The notes below the pieces were generated by a model. It searched no databases. It saw only the letters and a program-made list of their open reading frames with translations, and was not told where the DNA came from. Shown piece after piece: positions 7,847 through 11,756 of a stretch of DNA of 11,756 bases; position 1 is the stretch's first letter; each line of letters opens with the position of its first letter. The position numbers and the translations under genes are program-made. Origin of the DNA: Candidatus Sulfobium sp. GTDB lineage: Bacteria > Nitrospirota > Thermodesulfovibrionia > Thermodesulfovibrionales > UBA6898. Where the stretch lies: the NCBI GenBank assembly GCA_037380845.1, contig JARRRI010000060.1, positions 1 to 11,756 of the forward strand, in the 5' to 3' direction.

Positions 7847-8604
7847 AATTATTCAAGATGATGCTGGTGATATCCTTTCTCCTGATACCGACGGCGGCTT
7901 TCGCCTGGGGACCCCTGACACATATCTACCTGGGCAATGAGTTGCTTTCGCTGAGCCCTCTTATTCCGCCGGGACTGCTGGAAATCATCAGGAGGTACAG
8001 GAAAGACTTTCTTTACGGGAATATCATGGCCGATATTATAATCGGCAAGAAGTTCCTGCCCGCCAGCAAGAATTCCCACAACTGGGACGTGGCTTTCGAC
8101 CTCCTCAAAGCCGCGAAGACGGACCAGCAGAAAGGCTTCGTATACGGCTACATGAGCCATCTGGCCGCGGACACCGTGGCGCATAATGTCTACACCGTCG
8201 ACAGAAAGAATATCGGCCATACCGTGGTCGAAATGAAGGCTGATTGCATCATCGACAAGAAATACTGGCTGCAGGCCATGGCCATCGACAGGAGAATACA
8301 GGTCAGAAATGATGTTTTCCTGGAAAACTCCCTGTCTCGGTTCATGTTTTCTTTTAAAACGAACAAGCGGATACTGAAGAGCATGGTCCTGCTGTCTGTC
8401 ATGAACAGGGAGAAGATAGGCAACTTCATAGACAAGAATGTTATCAGTTCCCTGCCCGTCAGGGCTACCATCGAAAACCTCCATCAGGAGTCCGTGGACA
8501 AGATTGTCGACCTGTTTCAGAACTGGGAAGATTCGCCTGTAGTGAAGGTGAACCCCTGCGGCACCGTCTATAAGGGCAAGCCGATCAAGACCTTCCTTCA
8601 CTGA
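7843..8604 (+). CDS. Secreted zinc-dependent phospholipase C / S1-P1-fold family protein
   Basis: ATG 7843 overlaps the pepA stop (ATGA), with AAGGA upstream. The signal peptide ends AFA|WGPLTH. Candidate Zn-ligand motifs: W..H, GNIMAD, SHNW, GYMSHLAADTVAH and HTVVE. The ORF-track start at 7726 is too long. Confidence 0.8.
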   Translation: MKLFKMMLVISFLLIPTAAFAWGPLTHIYLGNELLSLSPLIPPGLLEIIRRYRKDFLYGNIMADIIIGKKFLPASKNSHNWDVAFDLLKAAKTDQQKGFVYGYMSHLAADTVAHNVYTVDRKNIGHTVVEMKADCIIDKKYWLQAMAIDRRIQVRNDVFLENSLSRFMFSFKTNKRILKSMVLLSVMNREKIGNFIDKNVISSLPVRATIENLHQESVDKIVDLFQNWEDSPVVKVNPCGTVYKGKPIKTFLH

Positions 8605-8659
8605 TTTCCACAAACAGCCTCTTCAGCCTGTTGCAGGTTGTGGCATAATCTTTTTCCAT

Positions 8660-8691
8660 AAAAAAAGCCCCCGCCGAAGCGGGGGCATTTT
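8660..8691 (-). terminator. Intrinsic terminator of the cytochrome gene (probably bidirectional)
   Basis: Minus strand GCCCCCGC-TTCG-GCGGGGGC-TTTTTTT (C-UUCG-G tetraloop). On the plus strand the stem is followed by ATTTT. Confidence 0.9.
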
Positions 8692-8712
8692 GGGTTGAAG
8701 ATGTGAAGTCCC

Positions 8713-10833
8713 CTATGGTTCCGGTGTCGGTTCCGGCGGGAACTTGTTGAGGTTATGCTTCTGGTAGATGTCAGCCACCTTTCCTGCGCCATGACAGGTC
8801 AGGCATGAAAGCGTGTGAGGCCCGCCTTCCGCATCGACCGCGGCGTCGCCGCCATTCTGCTGCATATGCTGTGCGGCGCTGATTTCCCTGGTGACCTGAG
8901 CCAGCTCTTCAGCTTCGTCCGCGTCCGGGTTCACCTCTTCCTCGTGAGCGACGACAGCGGCCGCATCGGCATCCGGATGAGTACCGTGACAACCACCGCA
9001 GGCCAGCATGTAGATCTGCTGCGGAACAGGAACATCAGGATTGGTGTGGCAGATGACACAATTGTTGGCCGACTGCGGGAAGGTTATCTCGATCCAGTTA
9101 CGAGGGAAACCACCGCTTTCGACATAGTCGCCTGTAGCGGAGGCGCTGTGGACGGCGTGCACCCTGTTGCCGATGTAATCGCCATGGTTGCCGGTGTGGT
9201 CGTGGCAGCCCAGACAATAGTCCGTATCGAAGGGCACGTTGTGGGCGTGAGAACCGGTCGCATGCATACGGGTGTCGTCATGGCAGTTCACGCAAGCGTC
9301 GCCGGAGACCTTGTGCTGTATCGTCGCGGTCCCTACCTGGAAGTTCATCTTGTAAGCAGACGTAGTTACGAAATTGCTGGAGCTGACCGCGCCGTAGTCC
9401 TGGCCCTGGAACTGGACAAGGTATGTCCCCGTGGTCAGGCTCGTGGGAATGGACATCAGCTGATAATGGTAGCCTGTTGCATCGGTCTTGACCAGGGGAT
9501 CAGGATTGGGAACGGTGTTGCTGTCCTCAAGCAGCATGGGCTGTAACGGGTGGCCCTGCTCGGGCTCGCCTGTCAACGACGGATCGGTTGTCGAATCGGT
9601 GGTCAGGACCGGCACCGCAAAGCTGCGCGGGCCGTAGACGAACAGTTCGGCCGATGACAGTCCGCCGCCTGCTTGACCTGCAGCGCCCTGAGGAGAAGTA
9701 TACACCGAAGGATCAACGGGCTGAGCGGTTGCATGGTCCTTCAGGGTCACGGTAACCACCGGTGCCTCACCCGCTACATAGAATTGACCGTTGGCCGGAG
9801 GCGTCATCGTGATTGCGACATCAAATTCGGGGATTTGAGCGGCCGGCGTAAGGCTGGCAACATTGTGGTAACCCTGGATGGCTGACGGCGGATGGCATCC
9901 GGAACAGCCCGCGTCGTTGGTCTGGGGACCGCCGGCGTGACCGGCTCCGGTTGCAAAATCGACGTTGGAATGACAGGAGCCGCAATTCTTACGGGTGGGA
10001 TCCGAATAGATCAGGTCTGCCTGAGCCCCGTTATGGCATGTGGCGCACCTGTAAATCTTTTGCGGATAGGTCACCTCAGAAAAATCTCCTACGCTGAAAT
10101 TCTTGTGATCATGGATGCTGTGGATCATGAAGGCCAGGTCTGCATTGGGGTCACGACTCGCCATGTAGTTGACGTTATGGCAGTTGTTACAGGTTTTGGG
10201 ATCGGTGTAACGGCCATGGTCGGCATCCTTGAGCTGTCCGCCGTGGCACTGCTGGCAGGCAGACACGGTGACCAACTCGGCTCCGGAGGATGCAAGTTCG
10301 GTCCCGGGGTCGGACTCCAGAAAATCGTACCAGGCATTGACCGGGTTGGCGACATAGACATAGTCGCCGTTGTTGTCCCTGAAACGGAAAAGCGTAACGA
10401 GCGTAACGCGGATAACATGGTCTGTCTGATAGAGGCTACTGGAGAAAGCATAAGTATATTCGCCCGTGGCTGCGTCGACAAGGGTCAGCGTCCCGTATGG
10501 TTCTTCTTCAGGTATGCTTGTGATATCGATGCCGTTTCCGCTCCCGTCGGTGAGGAAGAAATGGACTGTAACGGCGCCCGTCGCCGCATCATAGGAAACC
10601 GTTTTGCTAAGATCGAGCACGGGATTAATGGGCGTGACATCGCTGGCATACACGAGCCCCAGGCTCGCCAGGTCCTCGACGCTTACCTCAGCGGATGCCC
10701 CGGGCGGTCCGGGCGGTCCTTGCGGGCCCGTGTCTCCCGTGTCACCTTCGCAGCCGGGCAGGGCCGCCAAAGCAAAAACAAGTGCGCAGCATAGCGCCAT
10801 CTGATTAAGAATTCTTAAATACTTCCCCTTCAT
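8713..10833 (-). CDS. Decaheme c-type cytochrome lipoprotein, MtrC/OmcA-like
   Basis: Ten CxxCH motifs in two groups of five (CQQCH, CNNCH, CATCH, CGSCH, CSGCH and CVNCH, CLGCH, CVICH, CGGCH, CLTCH), separated by a ~200 aa heme-free domain. Family motifs MIHSIH, VTYPQ, VDFATG and VHAVH. Lipobox LPG-C28. Start at ATG 10833 with GGAG SD. Confidence 0.92.
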   Translation of the reverse strand: MKGKYLRILNQMALCCALVFALAALPGCEGDTGDTGPQGPPGPPGASAEVSVEDLASLGLVYASDVTPINPVLDLSKTVSYDAATGAVTVHFFLTDGSGNGIDITSIPEEEPYGTLTLVDAATGEYTYAFSSSLYQTDHVIRVTLVTLFRFRDNNGDYVYVANPVNAWYDFLESDPGTELASSGAELVTVSACQQCHGGQLKDADHGRYTDPKTCNNCHNVNYMASRDPNADLAFMIHSIHDHKNFSVGDFSEVTYPQKIYRCATCHNGAQADLIYSDPTRKNCGSCHSNVDFATGAGHAGGPQTNDAGCSGCHPPSAIQGYHNVASLTPAAQIPEFDVAITMTPPANGQFYVAGEAPVVTVTLKDHATAQPVDPSVYTSPQGAAGQAGGGLSSAELFVYGPRSFAVPVLTTDSTTDPSLTGEPEQGHPLQPMLLEDSNTVPNPDPLVKTDATGYHYQLMSIPTSLTTGTYLVQFQGQDYGAVSSSNFVTTSAYKMNFQVGTATIQHKVSGDACVNCHDDTRMHATGSHAHNVPFDTDYCLGCHDHTGNHGDYIGNRVHAVHSASATGDYVESGGFPRNWIEITFPQSANNCVICHTNPDVPVPQQIYMLACGGCHGTHPDADAAAVVAHEEEVNPDADEAEELAQVTREISAAQHMQQNGGDAAVDAEGGPHTLSCLTCHGAGKVADIYQKHNLNKFPPEPTPEP
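10693..10746 (-). repeat. Collagen-like Gly-X-Y repeat within the cytochrome N-terminus
   Basis: GDT-GDT-GPQ-GPP-GPP-GAS begins two residues after the lipidated Cys. Confidence 0.85.
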
Positions 10834-10964
10834 TGCTTTCACTCCGCGCCGGTTCACCTCCCTTCTTAAATTTCCTCGCATAGAAGTGAGACGTCAGGTT
10901 ACTACAGTGTCCTTAATATACCGGCAACTCTGACTTATATTCTGCCGACGATTGTCTCCCCAAA

Positions 10965-11003
10965 TAATTAATATATAGTCCCCGGAAATACTGCAAATGT
11001 CAA
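10965..11003 (-). promoter_or_regulatory. Probable promoter region of the cytochrome gene
   Basis: AT-rich. TTGACA at 11003-10998, and TTTGCA (10997-10992)-16 bp-TATATT (10975-10970). The exact -35/-10 pairing is ambiguous. Confidence 0.4.
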
Positions 11004-11145
11004 TACCTGAGGGCAAACATTTTTTGGGAAAAAATACGGTTTCAAAATAGATAAAGGACCAGAATCGCTCTTCCTTCTCACGGACGCGGCTTCTCTGGAG
11101 ACTCGCCGTTTTGGGGTCCTCTCTCACAGACAGCCCGGGAATGCC

Positions 11146-11756
11146 TCAGAAAGGAATAGCGCTTCTGATAGGGATATAATAGTGTCCGGGAGAGTCCTCG
11201 TACCTCCGTATCATGGAAAACATCGGATTCTGTCTTTCCAGCGAGGCGTCCGGCATAATCTCCATGGTGAGATTAAGCATCCTGCCGGTCACGTCTCCCC
11301 TTACGCGAGCATAGATTCCTTTGCCCTCCATCGCGAAGGAAATAATCCTGAGTGTTCTGCCGTTTGTTTCCATTGCTCCCCTGGCCGTATGGAACATGTC
11401 AAGTGGAACAGGGATTCCTCCAAAGGAAGCGGTCCGGATCTCGGCGTCGTCAACGGTGAACTTCAGGTTGCCACTGTTGTTCCTGGCCTCGTATTCTCCG
11501 GAAATGACACCGCTGCCGCCGAGGCCCGCCTGTCTGAAGAAGGGTACCTCCTCAATGTGTCCGTTTTCAAGTGTTATGTTGAGACTGCGGCCTCCCCTTG
11601 AAAAACGAACCTCCCCTCTTACTGTTCCCCCGGCTATGTCTCCGTGGAAAATGATGGCCGGGCTGAGTTTCAGGAGCGACGAAAAACTCAGTCTTCCCGA
11701 GACGTTATCGACGGCGACGATTGCCGCACCCGCCCTCTTCAGGACGATCTGATCGA
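11146..11756 (-). CDS. gspN: 3' part of a probable type II secretion system protein GspN (5' end outside the window)
   Basis: The frame of ORF 11146-11397 is open to the window edge (~200 aa: DQIVLKRAGAAIVAVDNVSGRLSFSSLLKLSPAIIFHGDIAGGTVRGEV...LENGHIEEVPFF...GSGVISGEY...FAMEGKGIYARVRGDV...). This Gly-rich alternating beta-strand pattern recalls Geobacter/Leptospira-type GspN (AsmA-like fold). The call is by recognition, not by search. Confidence 0.6.
   Translation of the reverse strand, partial: DQIVLKRAGAAIVAVDNVSGRLSFSSLLKLSPAIIFHGDIAGGTVRGEVRFSRGGRSLNITLENGHIEEVPFFRQAGLGGSGVISGEYEARNNSGNLKFTVDDAEIRTASFGGIPVPLDMFHTARGAMETNGRTLRIISFAMEGKGIYARVRGDVTGRMLNLTMEIMPDASLERQNPMFSMIRRYEDSPGHYYIPIRSAIPF

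Noticed and set aside
6941..8613. Minus-strand ORFs of 279 and 254 aa
   Set aside because: Antisense shadows of pepA and the phospholipase C-like gene.
10450..10600. Repeated DAATG peptide in cytochrome domain I (YDAATGAVTV / VDAATGEYTY)
   Set aside because: This is a common beta-hairpin turn motif, too short to support a duplication.
8815..10794. Plus-strand ORFs of 243 and 300 aa
   Set aside because: Antisense shadows of the cytochrome gene, expected in GC-rich coding DNA.
10834..10881. Longer cytochrome start at 10881
   Set aside because: It has no SD, whereas ATG 10833 has GGAG and gives a normal 27-aa lipoprotein signal.
11011..11045. GGGCAAAC...GAAA resembling the start of a c-di-GMP-I (GEMM) riboswitch near the cytochrome gene
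   Set aside because: It is on the wrong strand for the cytochrome and lacks the GACGCAAAGC core and second stem.
11182..11752. Plus-strand ORFs of 139 and 143 aa, and the 83-aa minus-strand ORF treated as a complete gene
   Set aside because: The minus frame is open to the window edge, so the 83-aa ORF is only a C-terminal part. The plus-strand ORFs are shadows.

Overview
Gene-dense, moderately GC-rich bacterial chromosomal window. The gene content suggests an anaerobic Nitrospirota/Desulfobacterota-like organism (inference only). Left to right: a NodI/NodJ-like ABC-2 exporter pair (-), a divergent PAS-PAS histidine kinase with no receiver domain (+), HU (-), a protoglobin-domain sensor kinase whose phospho-acceptor His is replaced by Asp (+), a ClsB-type cardiolipin synthase (-), leucyl aminopeptidase pepA translationally coupled to a secreted Zn-dependent phospholipase C-family gene (+), a stand-alone decaheme MtrC/OmcA-like lipoprotein cytochrome with a collagen-like tether (-), and the 3' part of a probable T2SS GspN gene running off the right edge (-). 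Most notable: (1) a surface decaheme cytochrome directly downstream of a probable T2SS gene with no adjacent mtrA/mtrB, (2) a globin-coupled candidate pseudo-kinase, and (3) repeated leaderless promoter/start geometry. No mobile element, CRISPR array, rRNA or tRNA was recognised.
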